Assembly (NCBI GenBank): GCA_013335095.1
Contig: JAAXWF010000003.1
Coordinates: forward strand, 5,960-69,959
DNA: 64,000 nucleotides
Source of the DNA: a candidate division WWE3 bacterium
Lineage (GTDB): Bacteria > Patescibacteriota > 4484-211 > GCA-002791395
Direction: 5' to 3'
In this document: positions 18,299 to 28,196 of the stretch, one piece after another
Layout: each line of letters opens with the position of its first letter
Position numbering within the stretch: position 1 is the first letter of the stretch
Translations under genes and position numbers: made by a program
Notes under the pieces: model-generated
The model's input: only the letters and a program-made list of their open reading frames with translations
Told to the model about the DNA's origin: nothing
Databases searched by the model: none

Positions 18299-18385
18299 TG
18301 GCGGAGGGAGGGGGATTCGAACCCCCGCAGACTTACGCCTACACGCTTTCCAAGCGTGCTCCATAAACCACTCGGACATCCCTCC
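18299..18385 (-). tRNA. tRNA-Ser (anticodon GGA), CCA encoded
   Basis: Reverse complement GGAGGGATGTCCGAGTGG...CACGCTTGGAAAGCGTG... with anticodon loop TTGGAAA, a long variable arm, GGTTCGAATCC and a 3' GCCA. Confidence 0.8.
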
Positions 18386-18489
18386 ATAATTAAGAATTCA
18401 ACCAGAGATTATTATACCTAATTTCCGCCATAGCTAAAGGGTATCTGTGTTTATTACTTGACACTTACAATTGATCACACTACACTAAT

Positions 18490-19641
18490 ATGGAAATGTC
18501 AGACCGCAAAATCCGTATTGCTATTAATGGTTTCGGGCGAATTGGCCGCCAATCATTCAAGGCTTGCTTTGGTGTTAGCGACGATAGCCGAATGCATCTA
18601 TCTTCCCGAATTAATCCAAGTGAAATTGAACTCGTTGCTATTAATGATTTAACCGATCCTCGAGTACTCGCCCACTTGCTTAAATATGACAGTGTCTATG
18701 GTCGATTTACCAAAGACGTTTTAGTTGAAGTCGGTGGAGAAGTTATTGATTGGGAAGGGCATACTGCAGTTGATGACCATGTCGGAGATATTACCGGAAA
18801 AGAGGCCTATTTTGTTGTTAATGGTCAACGGGTTCGTGTTCTAGCCGAAAAAGATCCAACAAAACTTCCATGGAAAGAACTCGATATCGATGTAGTTTTA
18901 GAGTCGACTGGTGTATTCGAAACTTATACGAAAGCACGAGCTCATATTGATGCCGGTGCTAAACGCGTACTGATATCGGCTCCGGCTAAGGGGGAAGAGG
19001 GGACCGAAGGTAGAACGCTAGTCTTTGGTGCAGAATCTACCGATGAGCATATTGGTGAAATGGAAGTATCTTCCAATGGTTCTTGTACAACAAACTGCAT
19101 ATCTCCCGTTATCCAAGTGCTTCATTCTCATTTCGGTGTAGAAAAATCGTTAATGACTACAGTCCATGCATATACCGCAACTCAGCGATTAACTGATTCA
19201 CCTGATCCAAAAGATCTTCGAAGAGGGCGTGCGGCGGCAGAAAATATCGTACCATCGTCAACCGGTGCTGCTGTTGCTACTACACTGGTGATTCCTGGAT
19301 TAGCTAATAAATTTGATGGAATGGCGATGCGAGTTCCGGTTTCGACAGGCTCCATCTCTGATATTACTGCATTATTATCACGGGAGACAACCGTAGAAGA
19401 GATTAATCAATTATTTAAAGATAAATCAGAACATCCTATGTATAAAGATATTCTAGTTGCCTCAAACGAACCGTTGGTTTCGACTGATATAATTGGTAAC
19501 CCGGCCAGTGCAATTGTCGACTTAGAATTTACGCGCGTCGTCGGAGGAAATCTCGTTAAGGTTATCGCATGGTATGATAATGAATGGGGATATTCAAACC
19601 GACTTGTCGAAATGGCGGTAGAAACCGGTAGACGCTTATAG
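18490..19641 (+). CDS. gap: glyceraldehyde-3-phosphate dehydrogenase
   Basis: KIRIAINGFGRIGR Rossmann motif and the active-site segment SNGSCTTNCISP. Carries an insertion of about 18 aa (FGVSDDSRMHLSSRINPS) after the NAD-binding loop. Confidence 0.85.
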   Translation: MEMSDRKIRIAINGFGRIGRQSFKACFGVSDDSRMHLSSRINPSEIELVAINDLTDPRVLAHLLKYDSVYGRFTKDVLVEVGGEVIDWEGHTAVDDHVGDITGKEAYFVVNGQRVRVLAEKDPTKLPWKELDIDVVLESTGVFETYTKARAHIDAGAKRVLISAPAKGEEGTEGRTLVFGAESTDEHIGEMEVSSNGSCTTNCISPVIQVLHSHFGVEKSLMTTVHAYTATQRLTDSPDPKDLRRGRAAAENIVPSSTGAAVATTLVIPGLANKFDGMAMRVPVSTGSISDITALLSRETTVEEINQLFKDKSEHPMYKDILVASNEPLVSTDIIGNPASAIVDLEFTRVVGGNLVKVIAWYDNEWGYSNRLVEMAVETGRRL

Positions 19642-19694
19642 ATGTCTCTTATCCTTGCGTTTCGTGTCTTCCAATTGTGCGTTGGCTTCATTTT

Positions 19695-20387
19695 ATGAAT
19701 AAATATTGGGTTGTTGCAAACTGGAAATTAAACAATACCTACAGTACCGCAGAGGAATGGTTGCGTTTTTTTTATGATACATATACCCCTTCTGACCGCA
19801 TATCGGTTGGGATTGCGCCCTCTTTTACCGAACTTGGTCTTGTATCCCATACGGTTAAAAGAAATGCTGATCTCCCGGTTCAGATAATGGCTCAAGATGT
19901 CAGTCGGTTTAATGTCGGTAAATATACGGGTGAAGTCGGCGCTTTTCAGCTTTTAGAACATGGAGTCAGTCATTGTATCGTTGGTCATAGCGAACGTCGC
20001 CAGTATTTTAATGAGTCAAATGACGTTATTAATGAGAAAATTGAACGATTGTTGAATTACGATATCACTCCGCTTATTGCAGTTAGTGAGATTGAACAAG
20101 TACAGTCAGTATGTGAAAAGGGCTTTGATCTGTCCCGACTAACTTGGGCTTATGAGCCAATTTCAGCTATCGGTACAGGTAATCCCGCCGATCCGCATGT
20201 GGTTGCATCATTTCTTAAATCAATGAATCATTTAGTTGGTGAAGATGCATACATATTGTATGGAGGAAGCGTTACCGCTGAGACCGTAAAGCCCTATTTA
20301 GCCTTCGAACAAGTGGACGGCTTCTTAGTCGGGGGGGCTTCAGTAAAGGCTAATGAATTTATCGATTTATTACATTCAATACTATGA
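19695..20387 (+). CDS. tpiA: triosephosphate isomerase
   Basis: MNKYWVVANWKLN start, IVGHSERR and AYEPISAIGTG signatures. The ORF track starts at 19677 but ATG 19695 fits the conserved N-terminus. Confidence 0.85.
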   Translation: MNKYWVVANWKLNNTYSTAEEWLRFFYDTYTPSDRISVGIAPSFTELGLVSHTVKRNADLPVQIMAQDVSRFNVGKYTGEVGAFQLLEHGVSHCIVGHSERRQYFNESNDVINEKIERLLNYDITPLIAVSEIEQVQSVCEKGFDLSRLTWAYEPISAIGTGNPADPHVVASFLKSMNHLVGEDAYILYGGSVTAETVKPYLAFEQVDGFLVGGASVKANEFIDLLHSIL

Positions 20388-21550
20388 AATATCGCAGTTA
20401 TTCGAATAAACAAGCCGTTCGGACTAATCGGAATACCGATTCAAGCCATAAACCTGTCTTGTGGAAGGCTGTATTAGTCATATCGTTAATTGCAGTAGTA
20501 TTATTTGGCGTGAAGTTATTGGTTACGCCGATTGTTTCGGTCATTGCGGGTTTAGTTAAAGACTCGAGTGATTCAATCTCATTTTTTGCCAATCCTCAAA
20601 AAATAAAAGAAACAAATGGTGTAACGAATATTTTGCTTATCGGGGTCGATGAACGTGCAAAAGGCGGTTCATCATTAACTGATACCATGATAGTCGCGAG
20701 TTATCGACATTCGGATAATCGGTTAGTCTTGCTTTCTTTTCCTCGAGACTTATGGGTAAAAGTCCCTAAATTTGATGGTGTGAATGAATTCTATACTAAA
20801 ATAAATGGTGTATATACAACTGGGGAAGATAATGGATATAGCTCTAGTGATGGTGGTCTCGGTGGGGGCGTTGGGTTATTAGCAAAGGTGCTACAGGATT
20901 ATGCCGGGGTTCCAATTCATTATTATGCCAAAATAAACTTCAATGGTTTCCAGAAGGCGATTGATGAGGTCGGCGGTGTGGATGTTTATGTTGAGAATAC
21001 CTTTACCGATTACGAATATCCTAAGATGGGGTATGAAAATGCACCATGGGAAACCCGATGGGAAGTATTGAACTTTAAACAAGGGTGGCAGCATATGGAC
21101 GGAACTACTGCGCTCAAGTATGCCCGGAGCCGTCATGCGTACGGTCCAGAAGGGTCTGATTTTGCTCGTGCTCGACGACAGCAGAAGGTTATTTTAGCCT
21201 TAAAAGAAAGAATCGTATCAAATCAAACGCTCTTCAATCCAACTCGACTTCAAAATTTATACATGGCTTTATCATCGGAGTTTGATACCAATATTTCACT
21301 AAATGAATTGCCAATTTTTTATGACCTATTTAAAGAGATCGGTGGCGATTTCTCCACAGTTAAGACATACGTGCTATCAAATGGTGATGACGAAGCTGGT
21401 ATTTTATATAACCCTGACCCAAGCCAATATGGAGGGGCATACGTGTTGATACCAAAGGATGGATGGCAAGCATTTAAGGAGTTTATCGATACGATATTAT
21501 TCAGTGAAGAAGCACTTACGCCAACTCCGACATCCGAAGATACCGAGTAG
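20384..21550 (+). CDS. LytR-CpsA-Psr (LCP) family cell-envelope glycopolymer transferase
   Basis: N-terminal TM helix and the LCP core NILLIGVDERAKGGSSLTDTMIVASY. Start overlaps the tpiA stop (ATGA). Confidence 0.75.
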   Translation: MKYRSYSNKQAVRTNRNTDSSHKPVLWKAVLVISLIAVVLFGVKLLVTPIVSVIAGLVKDSSDSISFFANPQKIKETNGVTNILLIGVDERAKGGSSLTDTMIVASYRHSDNRLVLLSFPRDLWVKVPKFDGVNEFYTKINGVYTTGEDNGYSSSDGGLGGGVGLLAKVLQDYAGVPIHYYAKINFNGFQKAIDEVGGVDVYVENTFTDYEYPKMGYENAPWETRWEVLNFKQGWQHMDGTTALKYARSRHAYGPEGSDFARARRQQKVILALKERIVSNQTLFNPTRLQNLYMALSSEFDTNISLNELPIFYDLFKEIGGDFSTVKTYVLSNGDDEAGILYNPDPSQYGGAYVLIPKDGWQAFKEFIDTILFSEEALTPTPTSEDTE

Positions 21551-21577
21551 TTTTAAATTCTGTGAGACAATAAAGAA

Positions 21578-22444
21578 ATGAAGTTACTCATATTAGGACC
21601 TGATTCTTACCGCGCCAGTAAATATATACGAAGTCTACCAGGTAATAAATTAATCTTTATTGATCATCCCAATGACATTGAGCGTTATATTCTGGAGCTA
21701 AATCAACTCGGATTATTTGGAGATCTATCATTATATGTCTTTAAAAATGTACTGATCCATTTAGAACCACATTTTGAGGTTATATTAAAAACACAGACCC
21801 CGCTTATTATTTGGGAAGAAAAAGATAAGATCGACACGCGCAAGAAAAATATCAAATCTTTCATTGATATACTCGATAAAAAAATGTTTTTGCCGTTAAC
21901 GGTACCCGAAGCGACTGAATGGTTGATTCGTAATGGGAATGATTTAAATATAGAGCTACGAAGGGATAGTGCACGAATGCTTATTGATTACCATGGTCTT
22001 GATGCGGGAACCTTGGAAAACGAACTGATCAAACTAGCACTATATGCTAAAAGTCAGGATACTCATTTAATTGAACCCAGCCATGTTAGCCTTCTGAGTC
22101 AGTCCAATACCGAAATTAGCATATTTGATATTCTGGATAATATCTTGTCAAGAAAAATTAGCCAAGCCGGACGGCAACTTATCGATTATCGCAAACGCAA
22201 TCAAGACGAATGGTATTTTTTCGTTATGTTGGTAAAACAAATGAGAATGCTACTCCAGTTAAGCTATGGTATTCAACCGGATGGACATCCTTTCGTAATT
22301 CAAAAGATATCTAAATTAACCAAGTTATGGAATAAAGAAGCTCTTGCTGATAAATATACACAACTACTAACGATTGAGCTTAAAGTAAAAAAAGGGGAAA
22401 GTGAACTTTGTCCTGAGCTTACACGCTGGCTTTATCAGAAGTAA
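21578..22444 (+). CDS. holA: DNA polymerase III delta subunit
   Basis: C-terminal HolA-like segment ISIFDILDNIL...AGRQLIDY...LVKQMRMLLQL. Sits in the common convergent neighbourhood with rpsT. Confidence 0.55.
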   Translation: MKLLILGPDSYRASKYIRSLPGNKLIFIDHPNDIERYILELNQLGLFGDLSLYVFKNVLIHLEPHFEVILKTQTPLIIWEEKDKIDTRKKNIKSFIDILDKKMFLPLTVPEATEWLIRNGNDLNIELRRDSARMLIDYHGLDAGTLENELIKLALYAKSQDTHLIEPSHVSLLSQSNTEISIFDILDNILSRKISQAGRQLIDYRKRNQDEWYFFVMLVKQMRMLLQLSYGIQPDGHPFVIQKISKLTKLWNKEALADKYTQLLTIELKVKKGESELCPELTRWLYQK

Positions 22445-22670
22445 GCAAAGCTGAAAGTCGCGATTTGATTCGGCTGGCTTTATTATCATGAATAATACCC
22501 TTTTTAGCTGCGGTATCGAGCTCTGAAAAGACCTTTTTAAGGTTTTCAACTGTTGGATTTTGGCGCATTTCGCGAATTGCAGATTTTACGGTTTTCATTA
22601 CCCGTAAATTGAATATTCTGCGCCGATTTTGCACCCGTAATGTTCGTATTGCTGACTGTCGTACTGGCAT
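22419..22670 (-). CDS. rpsT: 30S ribosomal protein S20
   Basis: 83-aa basic protein. MPVRQSAIRTLRVQNRRRIFNLRVMKTVKSAIRE...KGIIHDNKASRIKSRL aligns with S20 along its length. Confidence 0.8.
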   Translation of the reverse strand: MPVRQSAIRTLRVQNRRRIFNLRVMKTVKSAIREMRQNPTVENLKKVFSELDTAAKKGIIHDNKASRIKSRLSALLTSDKASV

Positions 22671-22713
22671 AGATTGACCTTATGTAACGAGGAGTATATC
22701 ATATTTAACGTCA

Positions 22714-24408
22714 ATGGTAAAGAAAATTCTACGTAAGAGCGTACAGAATGGAAGTAATATTCTATTCCAGAAACAGAAAACTATTCTATCAGGTGCCTTT
22801 GTCATCGCAATTATGTTATTTGCGAGTGCCATATTAGGGCTAATCCGTAAAAGATTATATGCAAGTGTAATCACTCCAGGACCAGAGTTAGACGTGTTCT
22901 TTGCTGCTTTCAGGCTTCCAGATCTAGTGTTCCAGTTCTTAATCGGTGGATCACTAAATGCAGCCTTTATTCCAATATTCTCAAGTTTTATCGCTAAGCA
23001 CGATCGCGAGAAGACCTGGGAATTTGTATCCTCAATCTTGAACATTTCAGCAATATTATTTTCGATTATGGCGGTTATTTTTTATGTATTTGCCCGACCT
23101 TTCGCTATTCTCATTGGTCCAGGTTTTAATGCGGGGCAAATCGATTTATTAGTTGATTTAATGCGGATTTTGCTTCTAGCTCCGATATTACTTGGAATCT
23201 CCAGTTTTGTTGCTGGAACCCTACAATCATTTAAGCGGTTCTTTTTACCTTTTTTTTCACCGGTAATTTACAATCTCGGGGCAATATTAGGAATAGTCTT
23301 GTTCTACCCTGCATTCGGTATGAAAGGTGCTGCCTGGGGTGTCGTAATAGGCGCTGCTGGCCACTTTTTAATCCAACTGCCAGCACTTTATCATATCGGG
23401 TTTAAATATTCCCCTAAAGTACACTTTAAAGATGTCTATCTTATGAAAATGCTTAAGTTGTCGTTGCCTCGAACCATTGGGTCCGGTATCGAACAGATCA
23501 AAAGTGTTATATTAGTAAATCTTGCCTCATTTTTGCAACCTGGGAGTATTTCGTTTTTTGATTTAGGCCAAAGTATCGCGAATGTACCCCTTTCTATACT
23601 CGGTTATTCGCTCGCTCAGGCCAGTTTTCCCCAATTTGCGGCGTTATATGCCAAAAATGATCTTGTGAACTTGAGAAAAACTTTTAGTAGCTCTTTTAAT
23701 CAAATTATGTTTTTCATTATGCCAATTAGTGTATTCTTGGTTGTTCTGAAGATTCCAGTCGTTCGTTTAATCTATGGTACTGGCGATTTTAGCTGGCAGG
23801 ATACCGTATTAACCTCTTGGGTTGTTGCATTATTTGGAGTAGGTATTTTTGCCCAAGCATTAAATAGTTTAATGTTTCGTCTCTGTTATGCCCTTCACGA
23901 AACAAAACTTCCGCTTGTACTGGCTTTTGTCAGTATGGGAGTAAGCCTTGTTTCGGCTGGAGCGATATTATTTATCTTTAAATGGTGGGATGTCAGGGCG
24001 TTAGCATTTGCCGTAACCATGGGATCCTTAGTCGAGTTCGTTTTGCTGCTGGGGGCATTAGTTAGGCGGGAATTAATAGAGCCAAAAACATTTTTAATCA
24101 CTCCAATCAAGATTTTAATGAGTTCTTTATTGATGGTTGTTATTGTTTATCTCCCAGTACAAATCTTAGATGAGGTTTTTATTGATACTAAGAGGGTTGT
24201 TAATCTAATAATTCTCGTGTGGTTAGTCTCATCACTTGGTATCACGACCTACTTATTTATGAATTGGATATTCGGGGTACCAGAGCTTAAAGTGGTATTT
24301 AAGATCCTTTTGAAAATGAAAGACTTTCGGGCGGGGGTCGAGCGTTTTGCTCGATCTACACAGCTTGTTTCAACCAATATTCTCAACGATACGAGCGAAA
24401 AAGAATAA
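22714..24408 (+). CDS. murJ: lipid II flippase MurJ
   Basis: MviN/MurJ N-terminal signature FFAAFRLPDLVFQFLIGGSLNAAFIPIF. 14 predicted TM helices. 564 aa. Confidence 0.8.
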   Translation: MVKKILRKSVQNGSNILFQKQKTILSGAFVIAIMLFASAILGLIRKRLYASVITPGPELDVFFAAFRLPDLVFQFLIGGSLNAAFIPIFSSFIAKHDREKTWEFVSSILNISAILFSIMAVIFYVFARPFAILIGPGFNAGQIDLLVDLMRILLLAPILLGISSFVAGTLQSFKRFFLPFFSPVIYNLGAILGIVLFYPAFGMKGAAWGVVIGAAGHFLIQLPALYHIGFKYSPKVHFKDVYLMKMLKLSLPRTIGSGIEQIKSVILVNLASFLQPGSISFFDLGQSIANVPLSILGYSLAQASFPQFAALYAKNDLVNLRKTFSSSFNQIMFFIMPISVFLVVLKIPVVRLIYGTGDFSWQDTVLTSWVVALFGVGIFAQALNSLMFRLCYALHETKLPLVLAFVSMGVSLVSAGAILFIFKWWDVRALAFAVTMGSLVEFVLLLGALVRRELIEPKTFLITPIKILMSSLLMVVIVYLPVQILDEVFIDTKRVVNLIILVWLVSSLGITTYLFMNWIFGVPELKVVFKILLKMKDFRAGVERFARSTQLVSTNILNDTSEKE

Positions 24409-24463
24409 TTTACATGGATAAACAAGGTAGCTCAAATTCACGATTTACGCTAAAATCATTCCC

Positions 24464-25105
24464 ATGAAAAGGGCCGGTGACATATTAAAAGAAGAACGTA
24501 TTCGTCAGGAGTTAACGCTTGATGAAATTGCCCGTCGAACTAAAGTACGCAAAGAATTTCTTGAGCTTATCGAAAATGGACAGTACGACAAATTGCCCAG
24601 TCAAGTTTATATTAGAGGCTTTATAAGTAGTTATGCAACATCCTTAGGTCTTGATGCGGATAAGGTTATTCCCTTTTATCGGCGAGAACGGAAAAAGGTT
24701 GAATCATCAAGCGAATCTACTAATATTCCACAACCGATCGCGCAGCAGAAGTTTAGATTAACTCCCGGGAAAATACTGATGGCGATCGTATCAGTTGCAT
24801 TGACTGCATTTCTAATATTCTTATTCATTCAGTATCGTAATTATGCGGGTGCCCCGGTGCTGATTGTCGATTCTCCGATTAACAATAGTTCTACCACTGA
24901 CTCAAATATTGAAGTTACTGGCAAGGCTGATTCTGAGACTGAAGTAACGATTAATGGCGAAATCGTTCCCCTCAAGATAGATGGGAGTTTCCAGGTAAGT
25001 TTTTCACTTAATGATGGAATTAACAGGATCAGAATTATAGCAACTAGCAAATTGGGTAAAAAGAATGTTATCGAACGGGTTATCGACAAAAAGCCCAGCT
25101 CATAA
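24464..25105 (+). CDS. rodZ: RodZ-like HTH (XRE family) membrane-anchored protein
   Basis: HTH segment LTLDEIARRTKVRKEFLELIENG...YIRGFISSYATSLGL. Followed by a single TM helix and an extracytoplasmic tail. Confidence 0.6.
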   Translation: MKRAGDILKEERIRQELTLDEIARRTKVRKEFLELIENGQYDKLPSQVYIRGFISSYATSLGLDADKVIPFYRRERKKVESSSESTNIPQPIAQQKFRLTPGKILMAIVSVALTAFLIFLFIQYRNYAGAPVLIVDSPINNSSTTDSNIEVTGKADSETEVTINGEIVPLKIDGSFQVSFSLNDGINRIRIIATSKLGKKNVIERVIDKKPSS

Positions 25106-25126
25106 ACTTGACGAAGGGCATGTCGA

Positions 25127-25474
25127 TTGAGTACACTGAACGTACTGCCTATGGAAACAGCTACACAAGTTGTATTGATAATAATGATTCTCCTGCTTGG
25201 TTCTACGTTATCTGCGGTCGGAATAATGTTTTTTTTCGTCCTCAAAGATATGCGTATTAGTGTTCAAAAGGTCAATACAATCCTCGATGATGTAAAGCTT
25301 GCCAGTGATAATATTACTTCAAGTAGCGAGCTTGTTAAGGAAACCGTATCCGATCTTCATAATTCAATTAAATTTATCCATAATGAACTTTCTTCTCCTG
25401 TATCAATTATGTTTAACGTTATGCGGGGATTCCGATCCATGTTTGATTCGAAAGGAGGGGAAGACGATGAGTGA
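25127..25474 (+). CDS. DUF948-like small membrane protein
   Basis: Single N-terminal TM helix followed by a coiled segment. Pairs with the downstream YtxH-like gene, as ytxG/ytxH do in Firmicutes. Confidence 0.4.
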   Translation: MSTLNVLPMETATQVVLIIMILLLGSTLSAVGIMFFFVLKDMRISVQKVNTILDDVKLASDNITSSSELVKETVSDLHNSIKFIHNELSSPVSIMFNVMRGFRSMFDSKGGEDDE

Positions 25475-25883
25475 GTCAAAAAGTAAGAGTTTCTTAGTCG
25501 GGGCTATATTAGGTGTTGCAGTTGGGTCTGTTACGGGTCTTTTATTAGCACCTAAGAAAGGCCAAGATACACGTAAGATTCTCAAGAAGAGATTTGAAAC
25601 ATACGGAAACAAAGTTAATAAAAGTATACAAGAGCTTTCTGATAAAGGTGTCACGTTACCTGAAGAAGCTATAAAAATGGGTAAAAACCTCCTTGATGCG
25701 GCCGAAAATAAATTAGAACAAGTTGTAAGTGCTGTCGAGCAAGCAGGTGGAGATATTGAGTCTCAATCTAAACCTACCCAAGAACTACCAATAGAACCAT
25801 CTCAATCGATATCCGAGGGAGATACTAATAATACACAGCAGGATCAAACTCCACGAAAAAAACGTTTTTTTAAAGGGATCTAA
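25467..25883 (+). CDS. YtxH-like protein
   Basis: ATG at 25467 with an AAGGAGGGG Shine-Dalgarno. Carries the YtxH motif GAILGVAVGSVTGLLLAPKKGQDTR. The ORF-track start at 25299 is in frame but overlaps the upstream gene. Confidence 0.5.
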   Translation: MSESKSKSFLVGAILGVAVGSVTGLLLAPKKGQDTRKILKKRFETYGNKVNKSIQELSDKGVTLPEEAIKMGKNLLDAAENKLEQVVSAVEQAGGDIESQSKPTQELPIEPSQSISEGDTNNTQQDQTPRKKRFFKGI

Positions 25884-28101
25884 TTTGACTTAAGAATTGT
25901 TGGGCTGCCTCAGTGTGGACATCACGAGGATTGCTACCATCCTGAGGCCCCACCATTCCTTTTTCCTCTAGTTCATCAAGTAATCGAGCCGCACGAGCGT
26001 ACCCAACTTTAAGACGTCTTTGCAGAAGGGAAGCTGATGCTTTGTCATGATTTAATATGACCTCGACTGCCTCAATAAACTTATCGTCTTCTGGCTGTAT
26101 CGGCGTTAACCCATTATTTACCGGTCCAGTAATCGGGTTTGATGGCGAATCTATACTTTCCGTATTTGAAAAGGTGTTTACATTAGTCATATATGGAGAT
26201 TGATATTGTGCTAGATGTTGTGTTATACGATGAATTTCTTCATCGGTTAAATAGACGCCCTGGACGCGTTTGGGTTTACCTGCATCAGAGGGCAAATAAA
26301 ACATATCACCCTTACCCAGTAGTTTTTCCGCCCCGACTGAATCTAATATCACGCGAGAATCCGTACCCGATGCCACTGCTAATGCGATACGAGTTGGTAT
26401 GTTGGCTTTGATTAAGCCTGTTATGACATCTACGCTCGGTCGCTGGGTGGCGAGAATCATAAAGATACCTGTGGCACGGGCCTTCTGAGCTATTCTGGTG
26501 ATAAGAAGTTCCATCTCGTTACCAGCAAACGCCATTAGATCAGCGAGCTCATCTACAATCATTACGATATACGGCATGTCTTCGGTATCTTCTCTACTAT
26601 TGTAATCTGCGAGGTTCCGCACCCGTACTGATTCAAAGATACGATAACGGCGTTCCATCTCCTCTACGGCCCATTTAAACGCGTTTACGACCTTATCAGG
26701 CTCTACTATGACTGGAGTTTGTAGATGGGGAATATCGTTATATTGAGTGAACTCTACACGCTTAGGATCTACCATAATAAATGAGACTTCGGTTGGCTTC
26801 GCTCTGTAAAGAATCGAACAAATTATTGTATGGAGCAAGAACGATTTACCTGATCCTGTCGAACCAGCGATCAATATATGAGGCCACTTTGCGACATCTG
26901 CGATTACCGGTTTGCCTGATACATCTTCACCCAAAGCGACGGCTAGTTTGGATTGATAATTCTTCATTTCTGGCGATAGAAGCATACTCTTCATTGATAC
27001 TAATGCGAGCGTTAAATTCGGCACTTCTATTCCAATAAGACGTTTTCCTGGAATCGGTGCTTCAATACGAACACTTCCGGTAGGGGAAGCGAGCGCGAGT
27101 GCCAAATCATTTTGTAAACTGGTAATTTTATTGCTGCGTGTACCTTCTGCTAGGTCGATTGCATACTGAGTAACTGAGGGTCCAATATTTACCTCTGCTA
27201 TTCTTGCTTGAATACCAAAGTTCTGAAGGGTTCGTTCGATAATACGAGCATTCCTTTCGATGCTTTCTTTATCAGTGGTGATCTCTTTAGGGTTATTCAA
27301 TAAGGCAATAGTGGGTGATTCATAGGGAAGATCCAAGACTGCGGTTTCGTAATTTGGTTGCTTGAGCGGTGCCGTCCCTGCAGCCGGTATTGTCGTAGAT
27401 ACAGGTTTTGTTGGAGTCTCTTCATCATCCATAACTTCTATATCAGCAATTTTTTGGGCATCTCTTCCCGATATGCTGTAAGAAGGTATATTAGTGGTTT
27501 CCACAGTCTCTTCTTGTTGGTCAGCGTCTTCGTTATCTGCAGAATCTGTAATTGGCATTCGGGCAAATAGATTATTTATTTTAGGCTTAATGCTAATAAG
27601 GTACAGGTTAACCAAACGAATGTGTGTTTGGTTGAGGATACTAAAGAAATCCTCTAATGATGCATTAAACATAATTAATAGGGCTATAGATATAATAAAA
27701 AATGTAGTTAATATCGTACCTACAGGCGTAATATATTCAGATAAGAAAGTATTAATAGTGCCTCCAATAAAACCTCCTAGTTTATTCGAGAAAACACCAA
27801 GAAATGTCGAAAAACTAATCGATAAAAGTAAGCTGCCCCACAACATATGCGGTTGTGCTATCGAATATTGGAGTTTTGTTAAATTTAAACCTAAGACAAT
27901 AAGAATAATTGGCACCAATATTGCGGCACCGCCCATAAGATAAATAACAAATTGATTTAAGAAATTATCTACCCCGAGCAAACCACCAATATAGCTGATC
28001 GCCACTAGTAGTCCTACCAATATAAGTATTAATGCAAATATTGATTGCAGGCTTGATGCATTTAACTTGAGTTTCCACCAACTTTTTTTACGTCTGGGCA
28101 T
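25870..28101 (-). CDS. ftsK: DNA translocase FtsK/SpoIIIE
   Basis: N-terminal TM segments. Walker A HILIAGSTGSGKS and the ATQRPSVDVITG motif. C-terminal gamma/winged-helix region. Confidence 0.85.
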   Translation of the reverse strand: MPRRKKSWWKLKLNASSLQSIFALILILVGLLVAISYIGGLLGVDNFLNQFVIYLMGGAAILVPIILIVLGLNLTKLQYSIAQPHMLWGSLLLSISFSTFLGVFSNKLGGFIGGTINTFLSEYITPVGTILTTFFIISIALLIMFNASLEDFFSILNQTHIRLVNLYLISIKPKINNLFARMPITDSADNEDADQQEETVETTNIPSYSISGRDAQKIADIEVMDDEETPTKPVSTTIPAAGTAPLKQPNYETAVLDLPYESPTIALLNNPKEITTDKESIERNARIIERTLQNFGIQARIAEVNIGPSVTQYAIDLAEGTRSNKITSLQNDLALALASPTGSVRIEAPIPGKRLIGIEVPNLTLALVSMKSMLLSPEMKNYQSKLAVALGEDVSGKPVIADVAKWPHILIAGSTGSGKSFLLHTIICSILYRAKPTEVSFIMVDPKRVEFTQYNDIPHLQTPVIVEPDKVVNAFKWAVEEMERRYRIFESVRVRNLADYNSREDTEDMPYIVMIVDELADLMAFAGNEMELLITRIAQKARATGIFMILATQRPSVDVITGLIKANIPTRIALAVASGTDSRVILDSVGAEKLLGKGDMFYLPSDAGKPKRVQGVYLTDEEIHRITQHLAQYQSPYMTNVNTFSNTESIDSPSNPITGPVNNGLTPIQPEDDKFIEAVEVILNHDKASASLLQRRLKVGYARAARLLDELEEKGMVGPQDGSNPRDVHTEAAQQFLSQIRSL

Positions 28102-28196
28102 AGTGATGAATATTTAATTAATTTTAACAGAATATCCGTTACTCACTTTATTATACACATTCGTCGTATCGTGAGAAATGTTAGTATGAGGCGAAA

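Noticed and set aside
22680-23045. Minus-strand ORF of 121 aa overlapping the 5' end of murJ
   Set aside because: It is antisense to a strongly conserved MurJ N-terminus and has no motif support.
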